A DNA stretch of 64,000 nucleotides from Eledone cirrhosa. Its lineage: Eukaryota. Within the stretch, counting starts at the first letter, position 1; every line of letters starts with the position of its first letter. The DNA lies in contig OZ024743.1 in the NCBI GenBank assembly GCA_964016885.1, positions 287,308,001-287,372,000 of the forward strand, read 5' to 3'. A program made the position numbers and the translations under genes. The notes below the pieces were generated by a model, which searched no databases, was not told where the DNA came from, and saw only the letters and a list, made by a program, of their open reading frames with translations. Below, in pieces: positions 23,151 to 39,087 of this stretch.

Positions 23151-26100
23151 CTGTAAAAGAAAACATCAAAAAGAAAGAGCTTTTAGTTGTTTTCATGTTG
23201 AAAATGTTATTCAATAGAGTTCCTCCAATAGGGCTGCTATTTCTCTGAATTGAGAGATCACAGCTCTCATATTACAGACATGTGGTTAGAATGTCTCAGG
23301 AAAGAATTGCTGGACAGATTTTACAGGCAAAACCAACTGGCAGAAGACCCAGGGATAGACTTCGAGCAAGATGGTTGGATAACATCCATGAGCTTAGCTA
23401 GTCTCACTTGAGGATTCAGCCACATCAATTGGAGATGGTTGCTTCTGACAGGATTTGCTTGAAGGCGTGCTTGAGAACTCTGTCCCCACCACCCTCCAGG
23501 AATAAGTTGACAAAGAAGAAGAAAAAAATACTACCATCATCACAACCATCCCCAACGCAGTTTGTACTGTAACACCACTATAAACCATTCTCATCTTCAC
23601 AGTCACTACTATAACACTACTATTAACTTTTTCTATCATCCCAACTATCACTACACGAGGCTGCTTTTGGTCATGGCTAACCATGGGTTTATACCTAGAA
23701 AGTTCCTCTCTGATGCACAACGTTGGGCTGGATGTTTTTATGAAAGTCATCACTCACCATGCCATTAATGCTGTCCCAGGGAATGTCAAAGATTGATATA
23801 GCTTGCCTCTAGTTGCAACTTACTTATAAACGACTCAAATATAAGCAATTCAAATATAAACCATGTCTGAGAAATGGGCAAAATACAAACCCCATTTATA
23901 AGATGAGGCAGGTAATCAACACATTATGTTTAGATGGCATGGGTTTGAAATTCTAATGAGTATAAAATATATTTATGAAGGTTTGATATTTTGATGTCTA
24001 AAATATTTAGTGTCATTTAGAGTATAGTTTTTGTTTCATAAATCCATTACGTAAGGCTTTTTTACCATTCCATCCATTTTATAAAATTTCTCTAATTTTT
24101 GTTTACTTCCAGCCACTCACATACCAGGAGTACTTTGAAGGTAAGAGATCAAATAAGAGAACTTTATATAGAGATTCATAGAGTAGAAAAGGGAGAGAGA
24201 GACAGCAAGTGAGATAGAAGAGAAGCAGAGCAAGAGCAAAAAGGGAGAGAGAACGAGAGCAATAAAATCAAATCAGAAGTAAGTTTGAAAAAATATTATC
24301 AGAGAAAAACTTGTGTATGCATATGGGATATTTATATAATAAAAAGTTCAAATTATAAAAATTTGTTGGTAATATTTTCAAGGAAATGCATAAATAATAC
24401 CAACGACAATGTAGTATATGTTAGAAAACAGTGTTTCATTGTAAAATAATCATTCCATTATTTTAGCACATTATTTACACAAAATTTGAAGTTGGTGAAA
24501 ATCGTCAAAATATTGACACCGAATAGGAGCCGGCCCCATTTTACCATGAATTTTTGGTCACATATTTCTCGGCTTATAATCGAGTACATATGGTATTTTT
24601 CCAGCTGAGAGCTGAGTGAACTAGAGCAATGTGAAATAAAGTGTCATGTTCAAGAACACTATGCACAGCCTGCTCTGGGAATTGAATGTATAACCACACA
24701 ATTGTGAGCCAAACATTCTAACCAACTATAACAACCATTTTCTGTAGTATCATTACCACCCTCACCACTACAATCAGTACTATAAGCACCAGTATCATAA
24801 CCATCTCTACAATTAGTTCTACTAATATAACCCTGTCAACACCACCACAAAAGTCACCATATTAACCATTCAGTTAGAACCAATGTGGAAGCCCTGAGTT
24901 GCTAGAAATAGCAATCAAAATCTTTTCCAATCACATACTCCATATTCCCATTGAAAAAACAAAAGAAAAACAACTTTCCCTAAAGACACATTAGATAATG
25001 TAACCCTATACATATCAGGTTTGAATAAATATCAAAACAAAAGAAGATAGTACGGTTTGGAATATCTCCATTCATAGATCTGCTTGGTCAAGGTTGACCT
25101 TGGGCTTATTGGTTCCATTATATAGTGCTCATGACATTTTGGGGAGCTGAGTCTCTGACAACAAGGTTCTTTTCATTGTTGGAATTTCACCTTACCAATG
25201 TATCAGGTGATGCTCATGAGCATGCTTAGTTATTCCAGTGCCTTAGCCTTACTTGTGAAGGCGTGTGGCTGAGTGGTTAGAGAATTGGATCCGCAATTGT
25301 GAGGTTGTGAGTTCGATTCCCAAACCGGGCGATGTGTTATGTCCTAGAGCAAGACACTTTATTTCATGTTTCTCCTTCTACCTGGAGTTGCAACCGATAG
25401 ATAGTATTAGCAATTGGAAAGACCAACGGAAACATTGTTTCCTCGGTATGATTTGATGAAAGTCGATCATTCTATTTATTTATTTAGCCTTACTATCGCC
25501 CAAAGCAATGCTGTGGGGTTGGCTTATCTAAAAAATTATTAGTGGGAAAGCATTTCAGATGTGACTATTTTATCTTTATGTATAGTAGTAAGAAACTGTA
25601 GGGTAAGTTGGACAGCAGAAGGTCTTCAGAGACCCCCCCCCCCCCTCCACACTTCATGCAAGAATTTCATCCCCTTAATTCCTTATGCTGTAAGTGAAAG
25701 GGGTCCAGGCTGCATCTAGGTCCTGACTCCTGAGTGGCCATCTGCTGATGCTTTTTAACCACTTGGCTATCAAAGATTTGTTGTGTGTAAGGCACTTAAG
25801 CCTTATGAAGGTCGCTTCTGTTACTCCTGACCAGATTCACCTGGAACTCTTTTCAGTTGTTTCTGCCATTGCCTTTAGTTCTCTTCTTCCCATAAATTAG
25901 GAGCTATTTCATGAGATTATAGGCAGATTTGCCTACAAACCCTCTTGCTCTAAATTACATTATCTAACCTTCTAGCAATGAAATGCCTGTATCCCCCACA
26001 CCAGCATGACCATGTACACTGAGCACCCTAGTGCTGTAATGAAATGGTGCTGGTGCCACAACAAAAGCACCTAGTCCACCCTGTCATGTGGTAGTGTTGG

Positions 26101-29100
26101 AGTTATGATAAAATTCTCCCAGTACACTCTGTAAAGTGATTGGTGTTAGAAAGGGCATCCAACCATAGAAACCGTATTCCCAGTACATGTGTAAAGTGGT
26201 TGGTATTAGGAAAGGCACCCAGCTGTAGAAACCAAGCTAAAAGAAAGTTTATGAGCAGGACATAGTCACCTGACCAGTCTGGCCTCAGCATGTGACAGTT
26301 TTCTAATCCATACAAGAATGGAAAATAGACGTTAAACAGTGATGATGATGAGGAATGCAGGGATCAGCTACTTTGTTTGTAATGTCCCACTATTGATTTT
26401 CTTTTAGTTTTATCCATGAAACCTCACGTACATTATATCATCTGTCTTATAAAAAGTTGAAAAAGTCCAAAGCCCACAGAAAACACTTAAGTGGCTCACT
26501 TGTTGCTGACTCCTGATTTAATGTGTCCTTCTATTTTTTAAAGGTCTGAGTGAGGTATGGTTATTATCAAAATCATTTTGGAAAGCTTGTCTTGTCAGGG
26601 AAAATATGAAAATAAAATGAACTTACATTTGCAATATTTTTCATGGTAGGTGACTGAGTCAGCATCAACAAATAGCAGAGGGCTTATCATGTAATGTGCT
26701 GTTTCACTCAAATGGCAAATCTGTTGATTTTTGTGTTCAAATGACACACACCAATTTTCTTTTAGACAAGCAACTTGACATTCCTCTAGGGTCAAGTTCT
26801 CTATTGTCTCCTTATTGTGACCAACAACTTTTTTTCCTTTCCAATGTTTGAAAACCATTTTACCTAAAAAGCAACCTGAAATAAACCAGGAAAGAATGAA
26901 TTTAAGAAACAACTTTAAAAAATATGTGCAAAGGTTTTAGATTGAAAGTAGATGGATAGGAATGAAAGCATGTCATTCGTTAAGCCTTTCATTACCATAC
27001 TTCTAATGAAAGGTATTGCTTCTGATTTTCAATTATTTTTTAAAGGAATCAACAATTTAGAGGGGTTTAGTAATATAACTATCTTTCTAATTATTTATTT
27101 GGTGTTTGGAACATAACTTAACAAAGGTTCTTACATAAAATTATGATGGAAGGTTCTTAGATATAAACACTTTAAAGAAACAGTTTTGTATTGTAGAACA
27201 AGGCATGGTTTCAGGCAGTTTGGTATCAAAAGGGTTAAAAAAACTGGCTGTAACAAAGAATTTTTGTTTTACACTAAATACTGGACTTGCAGATGAGCAG
27301 AAGGACCACTTCTATGAGTATCTATTACAGACCTCAACGACAAGTGACAGTGACTTTATTATTGCAGCTGGCAACTTCAATGGGCATGCTGGAAAATATT
27401 ATGATGGCTTTCCTGCTGTGCATGGAGGCTATGGCTATGGTACAAAAAATGAAGAGGGGTTCAAGGCTTCTGGAGTTCTGTAATGTTTTTGATCTAACTG
27501 TCTGCAATATGAGTGTCAAGAAACTTGACAGCCAATCTGAGCTGAACTGGGGCTAATCAACAATAACATGCATAGAGAGAGAGTGAGAGTGAGTGTGTGT
27601 GTGTGTACTGTTACACTGGACCACATATATTTCATAATATGACATGGGTTATACAGGTTGTTACAGACTAAATCATTAAATAATTGGAACTACTGCCCAC
27701 CTTGACGTGTTGAAGGAGACCATCTCATTCAAATATATTCCCTTTGGCATGGTTTCTATGGTTAGATGCTCTTCCTAACAACCGTTTTACAGAGTATACT
27801 GGAAGCATTTTATTGTAGCACCAACACTAGGGAGGTTGTCGTATCCTTGCCGCAACTGAAGAGTTCTTTCTCTCCTTTTGGCATGGTTTTTAATTCTATC
27901 ATGATTTTGAAAATTACCTTTGATTAACTTAGTACAAGCTAAGCATCCCCAAGATCATGAAATCTACCCTGATTGCTTTGTTGCTTTCATCAAACCTTCT
28001 GTGAGTTGTGTGTTAAGAAGAAGTACCCCCTCCCCAACTCTGACAAGAGTTCAATTAGGTCCCCACTATATAAAAAAAAACAACCAAGAAATGAATGTAT
28101 GTTCGCAGATTCAGTTGCACAAGAGCTTCTTCTTCCACTTATTCCTGAGAGGGTCATGGAGGCAGAGTCCTCAAGCACGCTTTCCAGCAGGTCATGTCAG
28201 AGGCTATCATCTCCAATTGATAAGCCTGGATCCCCAAGTGAGACCAGCCGTGCTCATGGATCTTATCCAACTATTTTGCTCAGGGTCTACCCATGGGTCT
28301 CCTGCTGGTTGGTTTTGCCCTTAAAATCTGTCCAGCATTACTTTCCTGAGACATTCTGAACACATCAGAGTACTGGAGTTGTGACCTCTCAAATCTGAGA
28401 AGTAGATGTTCTACCTGATCTCTGAGCTACACACTCTATTGAGTAACATTTCTCCAGAGACCCTTCGGAGGAACTTCATTTCAGTCACTTGTATTCGTGA
28501 TTGTATTCTTTCAGTCATTACCCAAGACTCATGACTATAGATAAGGGTTGGCACAATTGAAGATACTGAGTTTGGTATTTACACCTACCTTCTTTCTGAT
28601 GACAGAATGTGGATGCTGGCACATTACAGTACCAGTTCCTGCAATTCTCACATTTAATTCAGCCTCCTGCCTTCTATTACTCATGAACATGGCCCTAAGA
28701 TACGTGGACTTCTCTACCTGCTTCAGTGGAACTCCATTCACATGTAGAGTGTACTGTGCAAAATTCCTTGAGAGGTTGAGTGCCTCAGTCTTTGTAGCAA
28801 TGATTTTCATTCCTGCCATGCAGCACTTGGCCACAAACCTTTCAAATGTATGTTTGAGATTACCTGACAAGTTAAGCAATACTGTGTCATCTTCAAATTC
28901 CAGCCAACTGATCCTACACTTGCCAGACTTGATTCCACTTCCAGACTGGCTTTGAATGTCAATCCTATTTATGTGATTGATGGACAGCTTCTTGTTGCCT
29001 TGATATCTCAATACGAATGCCATGGTATTTTGTGTTTGGATAAAATTGAATAGTATTTGAATAGGAGAGGTGGAGTCCAACACCCACATTAAATGGTTTC

Positions 29101-32100
29101 AACATAGCATTATTTATCTGAACACAAACACTAAGGCATTTGTATTGAGATATCAGAGCAACACCTTCCACAACAAGTCCATGGGATGTAGTCATATGCT
29201 TTATTGAGGTCTATGAAACAAGTATGCACCTCTTGGCAGTATTCTCACAATTTCTTCAGTGTGAATATTTGGTTGGCTCTGTGTCTGGGATGAAAATCAC
29301 ACTGTTCTTCAGCTAACTTAGACTTGACACAATCCCTACATCTCTTTGCCAGACTCTCAGCATAGACTTTAGCAGGGAGGCTTAACAAGGAGATCCCTCT
29401 ATAATTGGAACAATCTCTCTTGTTTCCTTTTTTGAAAACTGGGATTATCACTCCTGATTGCCATTGCTTACGTGGTTTTCCAGAGATCCAGGTCACCTGG
29501 CACACGCAAGTCAGCCAGATAATAGTTTGTCTATTTAAAGCTTTTAACATTTCAGCCCAAATTTAATTTTCCCCAGATGCCTTGCCAAATTTGAGCTCTT
29601 TAATTGCTCTTGTGACCTCAGCCTCTGAGAGGTTAGTCATTTCTCCCAGATGAACATCAGATGTACATCAGAAGATGCTTTTGTGAGTGGTTTTAGGAAA
29701 TCAGCAAAGTATTCTCTCCATTTCACAAGGATGCACAACTCTAATGTCAGGAGAACTCCAGATGTATTCCTAATAGCAGGTGAGGAGAGGCACTTCTTAT
29801 TAAAAAGTCAGTGGATGGTCTGCAGAATACTTTATTTGCTGATCTGAAATTGTATTTCAGAAGGTGTCCAAAGTTAAGACATGGGAGGACTTGGAGGTAA
29901 AGCTGGATTTGAATGTCAAGCACAAGGTGCCAGAATAAATACTTTATGGCACTGACACAAAGGCCATGAAGATCTCGGTGCAGCAGCACATCTTGTTACT
30001 TTTGAACATTTGTATCACAGAGTCAAGTGATTCTTTTGTTATTTGGTAGATCTGGAGGAAGAAGCAGTATCCATGGCCTTCTCAGGTCCTCCAAGACCAG
30101 AGAGATTGATATCATTGATGTTCAACTTAAACTGTTGCAAGTCAACATCTGTAGGAAACACATGAGCAGAAAGGGAATTCCATAGGGATGATGAGCTGGG
30201 TAGAAATGGCTGGGTGTAGTAGAATTGAGCGGGATCTAGGTGGGGCACAACATGGGTGATGGAAAGATGAGTGTAAAAACTAGCTTATGATAAAGAAAAA
30301 GAAATAACAAAAAAAAATAAAAATAAAGGAAATCAAATATATTTACCACAATTTTGCCGCTTGTCAAGGAAAACACACACAAAGTATCTCTTGTTTAAAA
30401 TGATGTTCACAAAATACTCAGAAAATTTCACTGCCTGGGTTGAGTTTAGTTTAGTTCTAATTTCTTTTAAAGAAAGTAAAACATGAGAACGGGGATTAAA
30501 ATCAATTTCTTAGATTAGCAGAAGACCAGACATTTGTTGTAGCTTGATTGGGGAGGTGTAAGTAAAATAAATGGACTTCCATTGGTTTCAAGAATCAGTG
30601 TTATACTTGTTTAATCAACAGAATGGCATATTCATTAATTGAAGTTGTACATGGCTGAGTAATCTACAGATATGATACTCTTAACAAAATTCTTTGGGAG
30701 AGTCAGTGGAATACATTTATTTATTTATTTAATGTCTATATAGAGATAGGAGAAATATCTAGTACTTCTTACAGCTGAGAAACAAAAAAACAAGATAGAC
30801 AGAGATAAGTAAATATAAAAATAAAAATAAAAATAAAAATAAAAATAAAAATAAAAATAAAAATAAAAATAAAAATTAAAAATGAAATAAAATAAAATAA
30901 AATAAAATAAAATAAAATAAAATAAGATAAAATAAAATAAAATAAAGTAAATTTAAATAGGGAAGGCAAATGGGAGGCAAAATAAGCAAAAAAAAAAAAG
31001 ATAAAGAAAAAATGGAAAGCAAAGGAAGCTGTAAAACAGCTAGAAGATTATGTTGAATCTCTTTGTAACCTCCAAAGATGTACGCAAAGATTTTGTTTAT
31101 AGTTAGTAGATCTTTTACTATATATTGTATCTCCAGTCTCTTGGTACTTTTTTAATGATCAGCTTTAAGGTGTCCTCTCCCTCAGACTGATAGTTTTTAC
31201 ATTGGAACAAAGAGAGCCAAATCATTTCTGGGAAGTCAACACAAAAGATCTTTTACACTATATTGTATCTCCAGTCTTGGTCTGATCAACTGAGGAAGAA
31301 AACTGAAACATATCTGTTGCTTTCACCAGTTGGATTTAACCCTTTAGCATTTACATTACTCTATATATACTATTGTATTTTTGTGTTAAAGACTTTATCT
31401 CACATAATATCAAACCTATGAGATTTGATGTTATTTACTTTGAGAACAATACCTTAACATAAGTATGAGCAGTCAGTTATGACCAGTTTGAATAGTAAGA
31501 GGTGAGAGAATCCTGATTGGATGCAGCTGGTTTAAATGCTAAGGGTTAAAGACGAGAACCACTCTACTTTATTTTGTTCATATGAGTTTTCCAAGCTGTG
31601 TCTTGTGAAATAAAGTCAAATCTGATCAATTTTTATAAATGTTTGGCTCTGAAGTATATTTGAGGTAAGACTGGTGATATGTGTGATATGGTATTTAACT
31701 ATTTATTTAATAAATTCATTAATTACATTTTGCTAACAAAATTTATTTAATATATCACAAAAAATTAAATGAAATTTGATCAATTTTTACAGATATTTTG
31801 TTGTGAAGTATGTTTTTGAGATCTCATAATTCTGCAAACAATTAGACACATGACATGATTGGTTATTTATTTATTAATTTCATTAATTTTGTGTCACTAA
31901 CAAAGCTTAATTAATGTGTCATGAAAAACTAAGTGTCTGGCAAAGAGATGCAGGGATATTGTTGAGTTTGAGCTAGCTGATGCACAGTGAGGTTTTTGCT
32001 CCAGATGCAGCACAGTTGACCAAATATTCACACTGTAGCAAGTCTTTGAAACATTGTGGGTGCATACTGTCACCTCTCCTGTTCATAATCTTCACGGATA

Positions 32101-34005
32101 GGATGTGGTATCAAGATTAGCAGGTGAAAATCAGTGCTGCAAAGACTGAGACACTCATTCTCTTAAGTAAGCCTGTGCAGTGCACTCTACATGTGAGTAG
32201 AGTTCCACTGAAGCAGGTGGAGAAGTTCAAGTATCTCGGGGCTGTGTTCATGAGTAATGGCAGATAGGAGGCTGAATTATGTGCAAGAATTGCAGGAGCT
32301 AGGACAGTAATGTACCAGCTTCAGCATTCTGTCATCAGAATAAGTGGGAGAGGTGTAAAAGCCAAACTTGCTATCTTCAATTCAGTATTTGTGCCAACCT
32401 TTACCTATGGTCTTGGATAATGACTGAAAGAATATGAATGTGAATATAAGCAGCCAAAACGGGGTTCCTCCGAAGAGTCTTTGGTGTAATGTTACTCAAT
32501 AGAGTGTGTAGCTCAGAGATCAGAGAGTCACTCGAGGTAAAGTAAACTACTTCTCTGAATTGAGAGATCATAGCCCCAATAATACGGAGATGTATTCAGA
32601 ATATCTAAGGAAAGAATTTCTGGACAGATTTTATGGGCAAACCCAACAGGCAGGAGACCCAAGGGTAAACCCTGAACAAGATGGTTAGATAACATCCATG
32701 AGCTTGGCTGATCCTGCATAGGGATCTAGTCAGCTCAATTGGAGACAATTGCCCCTGACAGGATCCACTAGAATGTATACTGGAAGACTTTGCCACCACG
32801 ACCCACCTGAGAATAAGTGTGTGTGTGGGTGGGGGGGGGGGATGAAAAAACGTTTCGATCAACTGATTTTATTGGAGTTTTCTACCTTGCTTGTTATTTT
32901 TAGATATTAATCAGCATTCAGGAATTTTTATCTATTAATCTGTCTGTCTGTTTTTTTGTTTATCTATGTATCTCTATTCAGCTCTTTGCAATTAGTAATA
33001 AATAAAGTGGATATTGTTAGTGAATACCAACATTGATAATGGTTTCAAAATACTATTTAATTGGTCTTTGAATGAGAGATTTAAAAATCAACTATATATA
33101 TATATATATAGCAATGAGTTATTTAATTTAATTTATAACAGATTAGAAGTGTTCAACAGAATTCTTCTGGAGTATAATATCAATAATATTAATAAATGGA
33201 AGCTATCTTTATAAAACCATATTTATTTTATTATATATATTTCAAGGGTACCAATATTTTGGTACGCTCTCATCAGATAAAATACAAAAATTGGTTTACA
33301 GATAGTATTATATTCAGACAAGAATATATATATATAAAGAACATACATTTAGAAAACAGCAAACAGAATTTGAAAATTGAATTAGATTTTGCTGTAACTT
33401 TGACTGAATAAAATAGTATATAAACCCACTGAACAGACTGAATAAAAAAGTGTATAAACCCACTGAACAGAAAAAGATGTGTTGATACCCATCTTTTTCT
33501 GTTCAGTGGATTTATGCACTCTGTTATTATTAGGCTATTGAATGGATTGGACCAAACTGGATCAGACTGGACCAGATCAAACTGGATTGGATTGGGACCA
33601 AGCTGCATCAGATTGCTCCAGATTGGGTCAAATTAAATCAGACCAGATAGGATCAGATTGGATCAGATTTGATTGCTTCAGACTAGATTGGGTCAAATCG
33701 GATCAGCTTGAACTGGAATAAAATGGTCCAGATTGGATCAAAATGGGTTGAATCAGACCGAATTTGGCTGGGTCAGATTGGACTGGATTAGAAAGCTTAA
33801 TATCTGTCCAATCTGATGCAATCCAGTCAGATCTGATCTGACCCAATCTGATAGATGAAGAGATGAAGAGAGAGAAAGAGAGAGTGTGGGTGAGAGAGAG
33901 AGAATGAGATGTGGTCACCTGATCTGGCATTGCTCACAACAGGACAACTCCTCTAACTCATGCTAGCATAGAAAAATGGACGTGAAACGTTGATGATGAT
34001 GATGA

Positions 34006-34059
<54 letters not shown>

Positions 34060-37000
34060 TCATCAGATATATATATATATATATATACCATCATCATCAT
34101 ATATATATATATATATATATATTGGATTAGGCATAGTTGTGTGGTTAAGAAGTTCAATTTGTAATTTAGTATTTTCAGCTTCAGTCCTACATTAGACAGC
34201 TATCTCCTACAAGAGCCTTGAGTTAATTAATGCCTGGTGAGCGAAATTTGACAACCCATTGTGTGTGTATATTTGTTGTCACATTCTAATGATGGAGACC
34301 AATAAAAAAAAAAAGAAAAGAATAAGAGAATATATTCCTATGGGAATACAGTAAACAAAGGAAATCAGTGTCCCATAGAAATGTTTGCTGGCTTGAACAA
34401 ATAAAATGGGGAGTGTGTTACTCTGAAAGGTAGCAAGAGAGGTGTATTGAAAGAACCAATTCCAAACTCAGGGCTCATTTTTGCGAATGGCCATCTCCAC
34501 CCTGATCGAAGTGAGTAGGGAGGTGATTCAGGGGTCCAAGATTCCAGAAGTTTCCATCATCATGAGTTTGATGGCCATTTCCACCCTGATTGAAGTGAGT
34601 AGGGAGGAGGTGATTCAGGAGCCCAAGATCCCAGATGTTCCCATTATTATGAGTTTGATAAGTAATGAGACAATTGTATAAGACAGTTATAAGAAACTAA
34701 TCAACTTACCAGCACAGTTCATATCTGATTCTTCCCAGGTTCCGTCACTGCATGAAATTTCTACCTCATCAGCTAGTGAAGTATATCCTTTTAAACAAGT
34801 TACTTTAACAAGACCAGGTTTTCTAAATTCTGCCATAGCATTGGTAATATTTGGTAAGATAGTACAGGAGTCTGAAAGAAGAAATAATAATCATCATTGC
34901 CATCGTTTTTACATTGATTTTTCCATGCCAGCATGGGTTGGATGGGACTTTTTGTGGCAATGTTATGCAGCTGAAGTGCCTTCCTGATATCAACTATTTT
35001 AGTTGCTTCTTACAACGCACAGGGATACGGTGTACTTAATCTAAACTGGACACACAGACTGAACTTAATATACACGGCCTAAACTGGATATACATAGCCT
35101 AAACCAGATATACGCAACCTAATCCAGATATACACAGCCTAATCCAGATACACATGTATAAAATTACTTTAAAATAATATTTTATTCTGTGAGTGTCATT
35201 ACAATTTTCAGTCATTACAATTATTTATTCTGGTTCATTCATTCTGAGTTCAAATCCTGCCAAGACCAACTTTGCTTTTAATCCTTCTGGGGTCAATAAA
35301 TAAAGTACTAGCCAAAGGCTGTAAACTGGTGGTATTATTTGAATGTTGGACAGGATGTCTTTGGGAAGTTTTTTTCTGGCTCTTTGCATTGTAAGTTCTA
35401 ATTATGTTGTGGCCCACTTCAGTGGTTTACTCAATCCCTTGCCCTGTTTAACACCACCAACTGGTGTTTATTGTCTTTAGTAGATCTTACTCTCTTGCAA
35501 GTATTCAAGCTAAGTCTCCAGTATGAGGAGGGTACCTCTCTTCCATCATACCAGTTTAGGAAGCCCTGAAAATATATAAGGTCATGGGCACTGCTCTTTT
35601 TTCCTGATTAAGCAATAAAAAATGATGATGTGTTGCTTAGCTTCTGGTTAGCTCTGATTAAGTAGATCTATGATCAAGGTTGTTCCAGCCATGACCATCC
35701 TATATCTATTTAAGGTATAATGTATTTATTAATACATTATCTTGGATACATGTGTCTGTTTCCTTCCATTTTTAAGATACTTGAATTGAGTGTGATTTGA
35801 GGGGATGGTTTTACCTGTTATATCTAGAAGGTCAAGTGACTACATAGAAGTTTCTTCTTTGGTTGGTGGCAATGAAAAGGATGACGATGATAATAATGAT
35901 TATCAGTATTGTTATCATTAACACCATACGTCCTCTCTCCACTCCTCACTCTTATCATCACCATCCCAACATTATCAAAGCAAACATAATTTCCTGCACA
36001 TCAATATTAATGCCTCCACATCTAACTACTACAATAAAGCAATTAACAACATCACTATACTCACTATCAATGCAACAAACACCATTATCCTAATTAGCAG
36101 TTTAAAAAAAAGTTGAAATTTTTTTCATGCCTAGAAGCTCATCAGGTCAGAGCTTATCCTAGTTTGATGTGGTGTTAAGCAACTGAGTGAACACAACTCT
36201 TCCTTGGACAGGATGCCAGTTTGTCAGCAGGTTAAATCCTAACTGTTACTGGTAGTATTTTTTTTAAAGCAGAGTGGAGTGGAGCAATGTGAAATGATGT
36301 GCCATTGCACCATGTGGTCTGGGAATAGAGCCTATAACCTTAACAACCATGAGTTCTAATCCTTACCCTAACCACTAGGCATCATCTAACTCGCCCACCA
36401 TTATCATCCTTTCCCAACATACACCTGCTTCAGTTAATTCTTTGACTGTCACACTAAAGCGCTAGGTCAGCCCTGATTGATTACGCCTTGACGAAAGGCA
36501 TTCCAGCACTAATCACCCATTATTTTTGTATATCTAAGACTACATTAGCAGAATCGTTAGTGCTCCCCAAAATGCATCTCTGTATTTGTTCTAGCCCTCT
36601 GCACCCTGAGGTCAACTTTACCTCCTTTTATCCTTTCGGAGTTGATAGAATAAAGTATCCATTTAGGGCATTGAGTTAGTGGTATTTAAAAAAAGTGTCA
36701 GGTACAATATCTTATGGTAGTTGTTCTGGCTCTTTGTGTCCTGAGTTCAGATCTCACTGAGACCTACTTTAGTGGCAGCCTTAACCCATCACTTGGCTAA
36801 TACCTCCACCTAGACTTTAGGTAATTTTTTGCAGAGTTTCACTTTGTTGCAAACATTCATGCCAGTCCTTGGTTTGAGGATACTTTCCTTCATCTCACCA
36901 GTCTCAGAAGAGCTGAAAAGGGTGGAGAACACTGCCCTCCCCTCACTGACTAAACATTAAAAAAATGTTGTCCTATGTGACCTTTTTTAAGGTGGTAGGT

Positions 37001-39051
37001 TGTGATTTGAGAGAACAACTGGTATTTCTAGCGAGTTAAATGACAATATAGAAGCTCCTTCGTTAGCTTGTGTAGCCCCAGGACAGCTGTGGTGAAGTAG
37101 AACTACAGCACATTAGTAATTGTTCTAGATATGCTATATATCCTCCAATCTGACGACCATATAGCACAGTCCAACATTTGCGAAGGGCAGTGCTCATGGC
37201 CTATGTCAAGGCCTCCAAAACTAGTGCAAGGGAGGTAGGGAAGAAGGTATCTTTGAAGTGGAAATCTTGCCTGAATACTTGCAAGAGAGTGGATTCTGCT
37301 AAAGGCATCCAAGAGCCAGGTGGTGATGTTAAACAGGGCAACAGATTAGTGTATATACTTAAATATAAATTTATCCAAATATAACCTCACCCCCACTATT
37401 TTATGTCTAAGAAATAGGCAAAAATCCAAATCCCATTTATAAATTGAGGCAACTAATCAACACATTGTTGAGATGGTGTATATAAGTTAACCTTCCATTT
37501 TACCATCAAATTTTTGGTTGCTTATTCCTCAGTTTATATTCAAGTATATACAGTAAGTCTAACATCCAATGAGTATGGTAGCCTTACATGGGATTTGATC
37601 TCAGAATACAAAGAGATGGAACAAATACTGACTGGTTTGATTTCCAGGCCAGGTGGCATGTGTTTTATAATAATAATAATAATAATGAAATATTGTGTAC
37701 AGTGCTCAGGTGCACTACAACTCATCAAAAAGTGTTTGTATAGTACATAGGGTAATGTACAAACGTTGTATAGTACATAGGGTAATGTACAAACGTTGTA
37801 TAGTACATAGGGTAATAAGCAATGTACTTCATCCCATGCTGCTCCAATCCACTCAACTGAAAACAAATGAGTATGAGTAACAGCAGGGGGTGGGCTTATC
37901 TTGTAATAGACTGGTGTCCTATTCAGAGAGAAATCATACTCTCAGATGGTTAACATCAAGGAAACTAGAATAAACACTGGGTTGATGAGTTTCTGGGCTT
38001 GGGACAGCCTAACTCATCCAAGTCAGGCCTCCTCTTTGAAGATGCCTTCTTCCCTCAAATCAGACCCCGCCTCACTGGCTTAAACAAGATAGTGATAGTC
38101 TTAAAAAATGTGATCATCATAACTGGAATACTTTCAGCAAAAAAAAAAAAAGGCATTACTGTTGCCTTCACTACTAATACTACAATCTCGGTTGTCACAA
38201 TTACAACCAGCTACTACTACTACTAATATTTTTGTAATAATTCTAAATGTGTAATATTAGTGTACATTAATAGTGAAGCATGGATGATCTGAGAGAAAAA
38301 CTGAGCATAAGAGAAACTAGATGTAGTGTGCAGGAGGAAAGATTGTACTGGTACTGACATGTAATGTGTATGGATGATGATTGTTGGGTGAAGAAGTATC
38401 AGAGGTACCAAATGGAAGGAAGTCATGGAAGAGGAAGACCATGGAAGACATGTGTAGATGATAATGATGATGATTACGATAATGATGAAATGGTTCATAT
38501 TATGAATAAACTTGGCATGTTTGGATCTAAAGTTATTTACCTGTGCAGTTCATTATAGATTGGGTCCATGTTCCATTCTGGCAGATAATGGTTTCATTCT
38601 CTTTAGTTCCTATATAACCTTTCAGGCAACTAACTAACAGAGTGTCTGATTTCCCTTGTGTCAGCTTAGCATTAGCTATATTTGGTTCTTCTCCACATGG
38701 ACCAATAGCTGGAATGAGAGGAGATACAACATAGCATGTATATCATGAGAGAATTAAATTAAACCTAGGGCCAAACAGCAATAACATAGGAAATGTCAAA
38801 AGAGATGAAACAATAAGTAGGAATGGCAACACACTAAGTGGCCCCCACCTCCTCTATCAAGAAGAAGGAGAAGAAGAAGAAGATTAATTGAATATAAAAC
38901 AATGGCAGAGATAGGCACATGCTTGGTAGTTCAAATGTTCCCATTACAACCATGCAGTTCTGAGTTCAATTTCACTCCATGGCACATTGAGTCATTTTCT
39001 ATAATCTCAAGTTTACATTGTGAGTAAAATACATTGGGTGGAAGTCAATCA

Positions 39052-39087
<36 letters not shown>

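Noticed and set aside
23815-24597. Tc1/mariner-like DNA transposon remnant (related piece at ~37350-37470)
   Set aside because: One TIR-like end and a shared internal block are visible, but the second end and TSD could not be fixed.
30345-30440. Possible extra exon of the CCP/PAN gene (donor-like GGTAAAT on the minus strand)
   Set aside because: The phase-1 reading from the nearest AG hits a stop, and there is no domain signature.
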